Shown: positions 31,009-41,132, counted from the first letter of the stretch. The stretch: DNA of 64,000 nt from an uncultured Gammaproteobacteria bacterium (GCA_964504535.1 CAZDED010000004.1:44115-108114); one strand, 5' to 3'. The notes: generated by a model not told the origin, from the sequence alone. Translations and numbers: made by a program.

Positions 31009-32097
31009 ATGCGTGTAGGTGCTGTTAAAAACGAACACATTGAGGAGCTACTAGCCTCAGCAAAGAAAAAAGGGTACATTACCCAAGAAGAAATTCTTCA
31101 GAAATTTCCAAAACCAGAACACTTCCTAGAAGAGCTTGATTATTTATATGATCAACTTCTTAAAAAAGAGATTGATATCTTCGAAACAATAGAGCAGGAA
31201 AAAGAAACCCATAAATCCATTGAAGATCTAGAAAAAGAACTTGAAGCACTCAACCTTATCCAAGGTGGAACAGTGTCAGATCCTGTCCGCATGTACCTGA
31301 AAGAAATAGGTCGCATTCCACTTTTGACATTTGAACAAGAGGTTGATCTTGCTAAAAGACTTGAAGCTGGGGATGAATCAGCTCGTAAAAAACTCGTTGA
31401 ATCAAATCTTCGTCTTGTTGTATCAATTGCTAAAAAATATGTAGGTCGTGGAATGACACTTTTGGATCTTATCCAAGAAGGAAATCAAGGACTTATAAGA
31501 GCAGTTGAGAAATATGACTGGAAGAAAGGATTTAAATTTTCAACATATGCCACATGGTGGATCAGACAAGCTATTACTCGCGCAATTGCAGATCAGGCTC
31601 GTACCATTCGTATTCCGGTTCATATGGTAGAAAATATAAATAGAACCATGCGCGTACAGCGTCGCCTCATGCAAGAAATAGGTCGCCAACCAACTCCTGA
31701 AGAAATTGCTAAAGAGCTAGAGACAGATCCTGAAAAAGTACGGGAAATCCTCAAGATCTCCCAACAACCAGCGTCCCTTGACACTCCAGTGGGAGACGAA
31801 GAGGACTCATACCTAGGAGACTTTATTTATGACACAACAGCTCCAACACTTTTTGATACAGCTTCGCGTGGGTTACTTAAAGAACAATTAAATTCTGTTC
31901 TTGGAACGCTCTCTGACCGCGAGCGTAGAGTACTTGAAGAAAGATTTGGTCTAAAAGACGGAAAACCAAAGACACTTGAGGAGGTTGGACGAATGTTTGC
32001 GGTTACAAGGGAGCGTATCCGACAAATTGAAGCAAAAGCATTAAGAAAATTAAGACATCCGTCTAGAGGAAACAAACTACGCGACTATCTAGAATAG
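31009..32097 (+). CDS. rpoD: Primary sigma factor
   Basis: [38 protein letters not shown]. Confidence 0.98.
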   Translation: MRVGAVKNEHIEELLASAKKKGYITQEEILQKFPKPEHFLEELDYLYDQLLKKEIDIFETIEQEKETHKSIEDLEKELEALNLIQGGTVSDPVRMYLKEIGRIPLLTFEQEVDLAKRLEAGDESARKKLVESNLRLVVSIAKKYVGRGMTLLDLIQEGNQGLIRAVEKYDWKKGFKFSTYATWWIRQAITRAIADQARTIRIPVHMVENINRTMRVQRRLMQEIGRQPTPEEIAKELETDPEKVREILKISQQPASLDTPVGDEEDSYLGDFIYDTTAPTLFDTASRGLLKEQLNSVLGTLSDRERRVLEERFGLKDGKPKTLEEVGRMFAVTRERIRQIEAKALRKLRHPSRGNKLRDYLE

Positions 32098-32149
32098 ATT
32101 AATTTAGACTATTTGTTGCTTATCCCTTGTTCGTATGTTAACCTTAAAT

Positions 32150-32854
32150 ATGGGTTATGCTGGAAAATATGACGACAGGGTTAAGGCTCAAGAGTTAAGA
32201 AAGCAAGGCCTCTCATATAACGAAATTCTTCAACAGATAAAAGTTTCAAAAGATACATTAAGCAGATGGTGTAAGGACATAATTCTCACCAAAAATCAAA
32301 AAGAAAGACTTTTAAAGAATAAGTCTTTTGGCCAAAAAAAGGGTTCACAGATTGCTGCAGACAATAAGAGGTCTAGAAGGGTAATTCATACTTCAGAAAT
32401 CTTCGAAAAATCAAAAAAAGAACTTGGTAATTTAAGTAAAAGAGACAGGTTTATATTTGGGATGGCTCTTTATGCTGGAGAGGGTAACAAATCCGACGGA
32501 AAAGCAGCTTTCGTAAATGCCAATCCACACTACATTCAATTTATGAAAACATGGTTTCAAGAATTTTGCAAAATTACAGACGATGAATTTAGAGGTTCTA
32601 TCTGGCTTCATGAGGGCAATAACGAAATAAAAGCAAAAGAATATTGGTCAAAAATATCAGGGATTCCTCTTTTACAGTTGCATAAAACTTATATCGTAAA
32701 ACGAAAAGAAAATAGTAGAAAGATAAGAAAGAATATTCACGAAAATGGCGTCTTTACAATTAAATTTTATAAGAGTGACACGCAACGAAAAATAATGGGG
32801 TGGATTTCAGCATTTCTAGGTGATAAAATAGCTAGCACTCAAGGAATTGAGTGA
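32150..32854 (+). CDS. HTH + LAGLIDADG-like protein
   Basis: N-terminal HTH (GLSYNEI...VSKDTLSRW), GMALYAGEG motif, FVNANP; ends 12 nt before the tRNA. Confidence 0.65.
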   Translation: MGYAGKYDDRVKAQELRKQGLSYNEILQQIKVSKDTLSRWCKDIILTKNQKERLLKNKSFGQKKGSQIAADNKRSRRVIHTSEIFEKSKKELGNLSKRDRFIFGMALYAGEGNKSDGKAAFVNANPHYIQFMKTWFQEFCKITDDEFRGSIWLHEGNNEIKAKEYWSKISGIPLLQLHKTYIVKRKENSRKIRKNIHENGVFTIKFYKSDTQRKIMGWISAFLGDKIASTQGIE

Positions 32855-32866
32855 ATTGACAACTAA

Positions 32867-33155
32867 TCCGTGATAGCTCAATGGTAGAGCAGGAAGCTGT
32901 ATAGAAATGCAGCTCCCGATAGAAATATCGAGATGAATAACTGGGCTAATTCGGGGAAATCCCAAAAGGACAATCCCGAGCTAAATTCCCAAGCGAAGCT
33001 GAGGACTTGTCCTGAGTCAGCCGAAGGATAAATGTGTAGAGACTATATACCCAGGACCTAATTCGAAAGATATGGTCATAAGATAGTCCAAGCCTTTTAG
33101 TAATAGAAGGGTTCTTGTAACTTCAAGGTTCTAGGTTCGAATCCTAGTCGCGGAG
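32867..33155 (+). tRNA. tRNA-Asn(GUU) interrupted by group I intron (exons 32867-32900 and 33118-33155)
   Basis: Acceptor TCCGTGA/TCGCGGA, D-arm GCTC/GAGC, spliced loop CT-GTT-AA, T-arm CTAGG TTCGAAT CCTAG, discriminator G, no encoded CCA. Confidence 0.93.
32901..33117 (+). ncRNA. Group I intron, 217 nt, no ORF
   Basis: P1 gctgU.Gcagc, P3 ctggg/cccag, P4 tcggg/cccga, P7 gacta/tagtc, P8, P9 hairpins, terminal G at 33117. Confidence 0.92.
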
Positions 33156-34643
33156 CACCTTACGTCTTATTATAACGTGTTGATTTGAGTTCAATACGGC
33201 AAATATAGGCGTGTATTTGACCTCAAAAATTTCCTTGTTTTTTATTAAAATCTCCTCAAAAAAGAAGCGTAAATAATGCCTTTTTAAGAAATCTGGAGCC
33301 TGTGTATATGCTTTTTTAATATTTCTCGTAAAATATAGCACCTCTTGTATTAAATTTATGTCAATTTTATTGCCACCTTCGAGCTCATTCATTGACTGTT
33401 GTAGACTATTTAACTGCAATTCTATCTCATCATATTTGCGCTTAAAGGTATCTCGAGAAATAGACCCGTCAATCATCATGTCTTCCAACTTTTCTCTACG
33501 TAACTCGTAAGCCATTCTTTGATTTTGTATTGCTTGTTTCCTCCCGGCTAGTCCCTGTCTATTTCTCTCAACCAATTCTTTCGTCTTTAAAACAACTCTA
33601 TCTATAAACTTTTGCGTAAACTGAATTTTAGATAATTCTTTTTTAACTAATTTTTCCAAATCACCCACTTCTACATACGGAGCAGGACAACCATTTCTTC
33701 CTCTCTTTTGACAGTGATAATATGCTATTTTCCCTTTTTGTTTAGTAAATCTTTTATGCTTATGCCATTCAGCTGTATATCTCTGACCACACTCACCACA
33801 CTGGATAAAACCTCTCAAAAGAAAATTATGAACACGCCTTCTTATGAGAAAGTTCCTATGCTTTGCCAATACATACTGGCATGTATCAAAAAGTTCCTTA
33901 GAAAGTATTGGTTGGTGCTTTCCTATTTTAGCCTCACCATGCCATCTAATAAGACCGTAATAGAAAGGGTTTCTAAGGATTGTGTTTATTACGCTATGAC
34001 TCAAAAGAGCACCGCTCTTAGCCAATACATTTCTTTCACACAGCCAATCCTGTATCTCCATTATCGAATACCCGCCGGTTGCATACAGCTCAAACATCTC
34101 TTTAATTATCGGAAACATATAAGGGTCTGGTTCGCAAGACTTTCTTTCTCCGTCTCCGCCCACACTCCTATAACCTAGCGGTGGAGGTGTTGGCTGCCAA
34201 CCTTCTCTAAATTTCTGCATGAGGGCATCTTTCGTTCTTGCTCCATTTACTTCACTTTCCCATTGAGCGATGCTTGCAAATATATTTGGAATAATGCTAT
34301 TTGTACCTGTAAGGTCTCCTTCGTTCACAGACAATAGTTTTATGTCTCTATTCTTGAAATCTGTATAGAGTTGTGCAAAGTCAGCGACGTTCCTAGCGAA
34401 TCTATCAATCTTATAAATAATAAGTGCTTCAACCGGCTCGTCTTTTAACTGTGCAAGCATTTCCTGAAGCGCAGGTCTAACAGTAGTTCTTGCACTTCTT
34501 CCATCGTCTGTGAATATTCTCTTTACTTCATACCCATTAAGCTTTGCGTAGTTGGTACAAGCCAGTCTCTGATTTTCAACAGAAAAGCCTTCTCTTGCCT
34601 GCTCGTCTGTAGAAACTCGTAGGTAAATGTAACAATTTTTCAT
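33144..34643 (-). CDS. Large serine recombinase; stop codon lies in the tRNA T-arm
   Basis: YLRVST catalytic Ser, KIDRFAR, PPLGY, LRNPFYYG, CGECG...YYHC zinc ribbon, coiled coil; ATG 34643 (track 34715). Confidence 0.95.
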   Translation of the reverse strand: MKNCYIYLRVSTDEQAREGFSVENQRLACTNYAKLNGYEVKRIFTDDGRSARTTVRPALQEMLAQLKDEPVEALIIYKIDRFARNVADFAQLYTDFKNRDIKLLSVNEGDLTGTNSIIPNIFASIAQWESEVNGARTKDALMQKFREGWQPTPPPLGYRSVGGDGERKSCEPDPYMFPIIKEMFELYATGGYSIMEIQDWLCERNVLAKSGALLSHSVINTILRNPFYYGLIRWHGEAKIGKHQPILSKELFDTCQYVLAKHRNFLIRRRVHNFLLRGFIQCGECGQRYTAEWHKHKRFTKQKGKIAYYHCQKRGRNGCPAPYVEVGDLEKLVKKELSKIQFTQKFIDRVVLKTKELVERNRQGLAGRKQAIQNQRMAYELRREKLEDMMIDGSISRDTFKRKYDEIELQLNSLQQSMNELEGGNKIDINLIQEVLYFTRNIKKAYTQAPDFLKRHYLRFFFEEILIKNKEIFEVKYTPIFAVLNSNQHVIIRRKVLRD

Positions 34644-34698
34644 ATTAGTATTTAGTTCAAATTTAAAATAATGTAAGCCTATAATTATCTTATAGGAA

Positions 34699-35157
34699 TT
34701 AGTTGAGTCGTTCAACCTTGCTTAATCTTAATCCTTTCCTTCTCAAAAAATCGTCAACACTCTCAATGCTATTGGCATCATTTTTATCTTTTCTTTTTAT
34801 ATAAGTATTCTTAGTAGGAAGCTCCCTTCCTTCATTACCTGGAACTTTACTTCCAACCTGATAGGAACTCCCATTCCACTCCCTTTCAAGCTCTTTCGTT
34901 ACAAAATAAGTATTTGGCTTGTTAAAACCTGTGCGCTTTTTGGATAGTATTCCTGCTTTTATCAATTCGTCTATTAAATTTCTTATATGTCTATCTGATA
35001 AGCCCATATTCTGAGCAAGTGTTAATTGACTAGGATAACAATAATCCTTTTTACCAGCGTATTTAAGGAGTATGCAGTATAGAAATCTGGCTTGATAAGT
35101 TAGCTGTGATTCAAGAAAAATGTTGTTATCAATCATTGTAAAGTTCTTTCTTTTCAT
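34699..35157 (-). CDS. HTH_36-type replication-initiator-like protein
   Basis: FTMIDN, CYPSQLTLA, ELIKAGIL, NTY. Confidence 0.75.
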   Translation of the reverse strand: MKRKNFTMIDNNIFLESQLTYQARFLYCILLKYAGKKDYCYPSQLTLAQNMGLSDRHIRNLIDELIKAGILSKKRTGFNKPNTYFVTKELEREWNGSSYQVGSKVPGNEGRELPTKNTYIKRKDKNDANSIESVDDFLRRKGLRLSKVERLN

Positions 35158-35169
35158 ATTTATTCTTAT

Positions 35170-35337
35170 TTATTTTTCTGTAAAAACGATTAAGAACGGT
35201 TCTAAGCCATGCTCAATCACAACAATCTCCCTCTTTTCATCTTGAGAAGAACATTTTGAATGAGTGATTTTGTAGTATTCGCCAACCAACTGGTATATTT
35301 TTTTCTTCAACAATGATATTTTCTTTGTTTCTTTCAT
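35170..35337 (-). CDS. Small hypothetical protein (55 aa, not in track)
   Basis: MKETKKISLLKKKIYQLVGEYYK...FTEK fills gap between co-oriented genes. Confidence 0.5.
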   Translation of the reverse strand: MKETKKISLLKKKIYQLVGEYYKITHSKCSSQDEKREIVVIEHGLEPFLIVFTEK

Positions 35338-35340
35338 AAA

Positions 35341-35592
35341 TTAAGAGTAGATGATTTGTTTTAAATCCTTTTGTGCTCCATAAAATCTATGGGGCTCAAC
35401 TTTAGACTTGTGAGAAAGAAAATCTTCTGTTAATTTTTTTCTTTCTTTAGTTTCTTTGAAAACAAAAATAACACGCTTTAGATTTTCTTTATTAGTTGAA
35501 ATCAATTCACAAGATTGAGAGAGTAGAAAGCTTGCTAGAAGGAAAGAATCGGTTGTAAACTTTTTTTGATTATCCATTTTTTTGATTTTCAT
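35341..35592 (-). CDS. DUF5659-like protein
   Basis: FTTDSFLLASFL...VIFVF...VEP pattern. Confidence 0.65.
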   Translation of the reverse strand: MKIKKMDNQKKFTTDSFLLASFLLSQSCELISTNKENLKRVIFVFKETKERKKLTEDFLSHKSKVEPHRFYGAQKDLKQIIYS

Positions 35593-35762
35593 TTTTATTC
35601 TTTTGTGTTTTTATCTCCCGTCTGATTTGGGCAAAAAGTAAGTTAACCCATTGTTCGGCAAACTCATCTATTTTTTTATCCTCATTGTCTCCATTCATAA
35701 TCTATAGCCAGTATGACGTACTGAGTGAGTAATTTGGCTTCAAAATATCAGGGGAGATTAAT

Positions 35763-36545
35763 TCACAAACCGGAGGAAATTGAGATGCTTTTGCTTAAAT
35801 CGCTTATGGTTTTTCTAATATTTGAGTCTGACGGAATAAAATTATCAGGTAAATCATTAATGTTTGCGTAGTTTTTACTTAAAGCGCCAGCTATTTTAGA
35901 GGTGTTATATTCCATGAGTGAAAGAATAATTATCTCTAAATCCCTTTTGATTATTTGTTCTTTTCTAACCCTATTTAGTGGATACTTTTCGAGTTTTTTC
36001 TGAACAGAAGATATCAGAACCCAATTTTTCTCTATGAACTCGATAAGCCCATTCTGAGTTGTATCTTTGTAAAAATTGATGCTTGCTACGCCTTTTGATG
36101 ATGTGTCGATTTCGATTTTCGCTTTATGCTTGAATTCATCTTTAGAAACAATATCTTCCATAGGGCGATAAGGGGCTGAGTCTCCAAAGTATAAGTAATC
36201 ACGCAGAAAATCGATATACCTTTTCGGGTCTAGTTTATATTTTGAACACAAATCCACAACTACATAATGGTCTGAGGTAAATGGTTTGTCGTCATCAAGC
36301 CAATCAATCCATTCGTCGTACTTTCCTTCGTAACTAGTCGTTCTCCACTTTTCAGGAACGTTTAGTTCTTTTCGCAACAAACGAATGTCCTGCCTAAAAT
36401 TACTATCAAGAACTAACCGAAGAATATTTAGAATCATTTCTTGATATTCATAAACCTGGCGTGGAGAACGTGTACTAACCCAATCCAAAAGTGGTGCTAA
36501 ATCTTTAAATAACTCCTTATCTTTGATTTCTTTCTTTATCTTCAT
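35763..36545 (-). CDS. Hypothetical protein, possible C-terminal HTH
   Basis: 260-aa ORF in element core. Confidence 0.6.
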   Translation of the reverse strand: MKIKKEIKDKELFKDLAPLLDWVSTRSPRQVYEYQEMILNILRLVLDSNFRQDIRLLRKELNVPEKWRTTSYEGKYDEWIDWLDDDKPFTSDHYVVVDLCSKYKLDPKRYIDFLRDYLYFGDSAPYRPMEDIVSKDEFKHKAKIEIDTSSKGVASINFYKDTTQNGLIEFIEKNWVLISSVQKKLEKYPLNRVRKEQIIKRDLEIIILSLMEYNTSKIAGALSKNYANINDLPDNFIPSDSNIRKTISDLSKSISISSGL

Positions 36546-36628
36546 TTTTATAACGTATTATATATTTTGGATTCATAATACAAAGTTATTGTAACAGGAG
36601 AATTATTATTCTGAAGGAGAAGAAACTT

Positions 36629-37135
36629 TTATTGCCACTGCCAAAAACCAAAGCGCTGTTCACAACTTGCAGCTATTTTCATGAGTTTATATTTATAAGG
36701 ATTAAATATTTCGCCTTTATCATTAACAAAATCGCTAAACAAGAATGAAGATGTCTCCCCAGATGGAATAGTATATCTTTGACTTTCAGGATTGTAGGGG
36801 GCTTTGTAATCGCTGTTTAGTGTGAAGTAACATCCCTTCCAGTCCTTGGCTTCTGCATTTGTGACATCAATATGCCCATCTTTAACAGTAACGTCACCAA
36901 CGAGGTCAGAAGTGTCCTTTACCTCCTGTGGAGAGTTTGTGGTCGATTTTGTTGATGTTGAATCAAACAAAACACCGATAAATCCTATAAATAAACAAAT
37001 AACAAAAAAGCCTATTATTGCATGCTTCAGTGAGTAGCCTTTCTTCTTTTTTGTCGGTTGCACTTCATTTCGCACCTGCGAACGATATTCCTCTTCTTCC
37101 CTTATTCTTTTCTTCTCATCTTCTGATAAAGCCAT
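36629..37135 (-). CDS. Single-TM hypothetical protein
   Basis: MALSEDEKKRIREEEEYR N-terminus, TM, Cys pair in extracellular part. Confidence 0.65.
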   Translation of the reverse strand: MALSEDEKKRIREEEEYRSQVRNEVQPTKKKKGYSLKHAIIGFFVICLFIGFIGVLFDSTSTKSTTNSPQEVKDTSDLVGDVTVKDGHIDVTNAEAKDWKGCYFTLNSDYKAPYNPESQRYTIPSGETSSFLFSDFVNDKGEIFNPYKYKLMKIAASCEQRFGFWQWQ

Positions 37136-37182
37136 ATATATCTAAAGTATAAATATATCTGAGCATATTGCAAGCACAAAAT

Positions 37183-37224
37183 ATGGCATTCGTACCATAG
37201 TTCTAAACATGGCATAAAAGCCAT
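37183..37224. promoter_or_regulatory. Tandem operator ATGG-N8-CCAT upstream of XRE gene
   Basis: ATGGcattcgtaCCAT 37183-37198 and ATGGcataaaagCCAT 37209-37224. Confidence 0.65.
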
Positions 37225-37237
37225 ACTAGGCATTAGC

Positions 37238-37444
37238 ATGGCGACTATTTATAAAAAGGTTGGAAATAATATTCGCAAACTTCGTAAGCGAGCTGGACTA
37301 TCACAGGAAGACGTTTCATCTAAAGCAAAAATAGACCTTACCACTGTAAACGAGATAGAAGGTGGACTACGAAATCCATCGCTAAAAACATTACACAAAA
37401 TATCTAACGCATTAAAAGCAGACCTCAAGGAGCTATTTAACTAG
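37238..37444 (+). CDS. XRE-family HTH regulator (C-protein-like)
   Basis: GNNIRKLR, LSQE, IEGGLRNPSL. Confidence 0.9.
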   Translation: MATIYKKVGNNIRKLRKRAGLSQEDVSSKAKIDLTTVNEIEGGLRNPSLKTLHKISNALKADLKELFN

Positions 37445-37584
37445 TTCGGCTTTTTTTCAAAATTCCATCGAAGTTGTCATAGCCTCACGGTTGCTTCAAC
37501 AATAAACCCAAGTCCGATGACTTTTATTCACTATTAATCCTTACTATTCTTATTCTAGGTATACATTTGTACTACAATAAAATA

Positions 37585-40500
37585 ATGGATAACAACCCAA
37601 AATGGCACGTAGATGAAATGATAATGGCTTTAAATGCCAACATTGAATATTTAGAAAAGGAAGGCAGTGAGAATATAAGAATAAAAAATGGTAAATTATT
37701 TACACAGTTAGCAGAAAGCTATATTTATGAATTTGAGCTTGAATTTTTACAGGAAATTGAACTTGAAAGAGAAATAGAGGTACGTGTTGGTTCCGATTCT
37801 GGAAGTGGTAAAGTCGTTTCTGTTAATGACAATTTAATTCAGGTTGAGATTGATTCTTTTTTAGGTCAAGATATACCTCAAGCGCATTTAATTATTTCCA
37901 GCTTGTATATCCTAAAGCTTCTAAGAGATAAATTAGCAGAATCCAAAGAAACAAAATCCAATGGTTCAATAGCAGAAAAGCTTTTTGGAATGCAACCATT
38001 CAGTTTCGGGTCCGACTTAGAATATCAACTTCCCCCAAGACCACTTAAGGATTCAATTGATGAATATAAGGAAGCAGCACTAAGACTATCGCTAGGTAGT
38101 GAGCTGAGCTTTATATGGGGTCCGCCCGGAACTGGAAAAACAGAGTTAATCTCCCGAATCATTGAGGCACTTATAGGAAAAGGGCTTAGCGTATTGTTAA
38201 TTTCTCATACTAATATGGCTACTGATGAAGCCCTATTGAAGACTGTGAAGTTTTTAATAGATTCTCCGGAATATAAACTTGGACAGATTATTAGGATTGG
38301 TAAAATTCATCACCAAGATTTATTGAAAACCGATTATTCTAGAATCATCCCGGAAATGGCAGCTGAAGCTGCTAGTAAGCCTATCCATGATGAAATCGGC
38401 ACACTTCAAATATTAGCAGACCAACTTAAAATAGAAATTGATGGAATAAATGAAATCCTATCTGATTCAAAATCATACGAAAACTATCAATCACTAATTA
38501 AATCGGCAACTTCTCAGCTTGATAAAACAAATCAAAAAATAACTGAGCTTGAACAGTTTTTAAAAGATACAGATGATGAAATATCTATCACAAACATTAA
38601 AATTGAGAAATTTCAAAACTCTAATCGACTATCCCAAATTTTTTCAGGACAAAGTTTAAGCAAATTAACAGATGTTAAGACACAACTACTAAAAAGTAGG
38701 GCTGCTCTAGAGGATAATATTGCTACGAATGAAAGAACCAAAAATTCTATTATTCAGGATATTGATAGTTCAAAAACAAAAGCTAACATCTTAAATGAAA
38801 AAATAGGTAGTATTGATTTTAGTAAAGCAGAAGAGGAATTATCTCGCAAGAATGATAATCACTTGAATTTGACCACCCAAATTAAAGAACTGTTATCTCA
38901 ACTTACTAACATAACAGAGCACATAATAACTGAAGCAAAGGTCATAGCAACAACGCTTACAAAAAGTTATAGCGACAAATTAGTTCTTAGCAGAGAATAC
39001 GACTGCGTTATTGTGGATGAGGCATCCATGGCTCCTTTGCCAGCACTATATTTTGCTGCCTCTATTGCCAAACAAAAGGCAATAATTATAGGCGACTTTT
39101 TCCAACTCCCACCTGTAACTAAGCACAAAGTACTCAAAAACAGAGGGAAAACTGAAGAGCAATATATGGCAGAGCAAGCCTTAGTAGATAAATGGCTTAA
39201 GGGTGATATTTTTGCAAATGCTGGTATCTCAGAACTAATAAAAAAAGGGGAATTACCGGATTATCTAAGACAGCTTAAGCGACAATACAGAATGCATCCT
39301 CAAATAGCTGAGCTCATAAATACGCTTGTCTATAATAAATACGGTAATTTTGGACTAGAATCCGCTGATATAACTCAATCTAATGGTGAAGGTGGGGAAA
39401 ATGGACCTAGGGTAATAGATGTTGAACCCCTCAAGGATTTTAGGGTGGGGATTTATAATACTAACTCCTTAAATATATATCCTGGAAATACTGACTCAGG
39501 CTCATATTACAACTTATTTCATGCACTTCTAGCAGTTGAGTTAGCAAAAACTGCGGTACGAAATGGTTATGAAACGATTGGTATTATTTCTCCATTCAGG
39601 GCACAGGCAAACCTTATAACCAAAATGGTTAAAGATGAAAAATCTTTTGATGAAACCTTAAAAGGTATTGATGTTGATACCGTACATAAGTTTCAGGGTG
39701 GAGAAAAACAGTTAATTATTTTTGACATTACGACTCCTAAGTCCACTAAATTAACTAATGATGATAAAGAAGGTGGAGATGATGAAAAACTCATAAATGT
39801 AGCTTTCTCACGAGCAAAATACAAATGCATTGTTATAGGCGACATAGAAAAAATCAGAAAGAATCAGAATGAGTCTTCTCTTCTAGTACAGTACATAGAT
39901 TTTGTTGTAAAAAAAGGCTATCCAATAATCGATGCTGGCGTAATGGTGAAAAACTACTTTCACTCAGAACAAACTGAAGATTGGTTAGCTAAAATAGTTA
40001 ATGCTAGTGATATCGAAGCAGAAAAAGACGATAGTGATATCTATAACCAAAGTGAGTTTTATAAAACGTTCTTTTCTGAAATACTAAAAACTAAACAAGA
40101 GCTTATCATTCATTCTCCATATATTACTCGCTATAGAACAGCACAATTACTTCCCATATTTGATTTCTTAAGGAAAAAGAACGTTAATATTTTTGTTATT
40201 ACACGACCTTATTTTGCACATAAAGATTCAATGAAAGATGACTCACTAGCAATGCAGCGGGAAATGGAAAAATTGGGAGTGGTTGTCTTGCCATGGGGCG
40301 GAAGTATTCATGATAAATTTGCAATTATTGATAGAGAAACTTTATGGGAAGGCAGCCTAAATATATTATCTCAGAATGAAAGCAGAGAAAGAATGAGAAG
40401 ATTTAGAGGAAAGGAATCCTCGAAACAGATGTTGGATTTTTATGGTATTAAGAAGAATATTGGAGAAATTGGGAATAATAACTTAAAGAAGTGTAGGGTG

Positions 40501-40809
40501 TGTGAGGGTCCAGGAAATTGGTTTTGGACGGAGAAAGGGATGTTTGGAATTTGGACACACTGCTTAATCGGAGGACATAAGGAAGGAAAACCACCAAGAA
40601 CTCAAGAAGATAGAGAGAGAAAAAAAGAAGAAAATAAAGAACTCAGAAAGAAAGCTAGAGAGATAAATTATGAAGGTGTTCCTCTGTGTCAAAATACAAT
40701 TCATGGTTCAGAAAAAATAGAAATGGTTAGAAGAAAAGGAAGGTGGGGAAAAGATATATGGGGATGCCCTAAATATCCTGCGTGTAAATTCTTGTTGCCT
40801 GTCAAATAA
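37585..40809 (+). CDS. SF1 (Upf1/Dna2-like) helicase fused to PLD nuclease domain and zinc ribbons
   Basis: GPPGTGKT, DEAS, QYRMHP, TVHKFQGGEK, NVAFSRAK; HDKFAIID...GSLN; C-terminal WGCPKYPAC. Confidence 0.88.
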   Translation: MDNNPKWHVDEMIMALNANIEYLEKEGSENIRIKNGKLFTQLAESYIYEFELEFLQEIELEREIEVRVGSDSGSGKVVSVNDNLIQVEIDSFLGQDIPQAHLIISSLYILKLLRDKLAESKETKSNGSIAEKLFGMQPFSFGSDLEYQLPPRPLKDSIDEYKEAALRLSLGSELSFIWGPPGTGKTELISRIIEALIGKGLSVLLISHTNMATDEALLKTVKFLIDSPEYKLGQIIRIGKIHHQDLLKTDYSRIIPEMAAEAASKPIHDEIGTLQILADQLKIEIDGINEILSDSKSYENYQSLIKSATSQLDKTNQKITELEQFLKDTDDEISITNIKIEKFQNSNRLSQIFSGQSLSKLTDVKTQLLKSRAALEDNIATNERTKNSIIQDIDSSKTKANILNEKIGSIDFSKAEEELSRKNDNHLNLTTQIKELLSQLTNITEHIITEAKVIATTLTKSYSDKLVLSREYDCVIVDEASMAPLPALYFAASIAKQKAIIIGDFFQLPPVTKHKVLKNRGKTEEQYMAEQALVDKWLKGDIFANAGISELIKKGELPDYLRQLKRQYRMHPQIAELINTLVYNKYGNFGLESADITQSNGEGGENGPRVIDVEPLKDFRVGIYNTNSLNIYPGNTDSGSYYNLFHALLAVELAKTAVRNGYETIGIISPFRAQANLITKMVKDEKSFDETLKGIDVDTVHKFQGGEKQLIIFDITTPKSTKLTNDDKEGGDDEKLINVAFSRAKYKCIVIGDIEKIRKNQNESSLLVQYIDFVVKKGYPIIDAGVMVKNYFHSEQTEDWLAKIVNASDIEAEKDDSDIYNQSEFYKTFFSEILKTKQELIIHSPYITRYRTAQLLPIFDFLRKKNVNIFVITRPYFAHKDSMKDDSLAMQREMEKLGVVVLPWGGSIHDKFAIIDRETLWEGSLNILSQNESRERMRRFRGKESSKQMLDFYGIKKNIGEIGNNNLKKCRVCEGPGNWFWTEKGMFGIWTHCLIGGHKEGKPPRTQEDRERKKEENKELRKKAREINYEGVPLCQNTIHGSEKIEMVRRKGRWGKDIWGCPKYPACKFLLPVK

Positions 40810-40913
40810 TAAATCAAGGGCATAGTTTCCGAAGCATTTTCAGTTCAAATACCACAAACTTCGGATACTTTTATCATCTTTCGTTCTAATAATTTATACG
40901 CCATAATTTAGTT

Positions 40914-41132
40914 ATGGACATAGCAAAAGCAAGAAAAATATTGGAAGAGGACGGAAAGAAATTAACAGACGAACAGGTGCAACAATACATAACAACCGCA
41001 GAATTATTATCAACAATGGCGTTTGACGCATGGAACAAATTAACTCCTGAGGAACGAAAGAGGTGGAGGAAAAAGAAACAAACAAAATCCAACAGAAAAA
41101 GGATTACCAGCAAACCTCTTACGAATCGTTGA
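40914..41132 (+). CDS. Small basic hypothetical protein
   Basis: ARKIL...LTDEQV helical ORF after -10-like CATAAT. Confidence 0.55.
   Translation: MDIAKARKILEEDGKKLTDEQVQQYITTAELLSTMAFDAWNKLTPEERKRWRKKKQTKSNRKRITSKPLTNR

Noticed and set aside
33708-34178. 156-aa antisense ORF within the recombinase as a possible RDF
   Set aside because: Non-ATG start, no motif, typical shadow ORF
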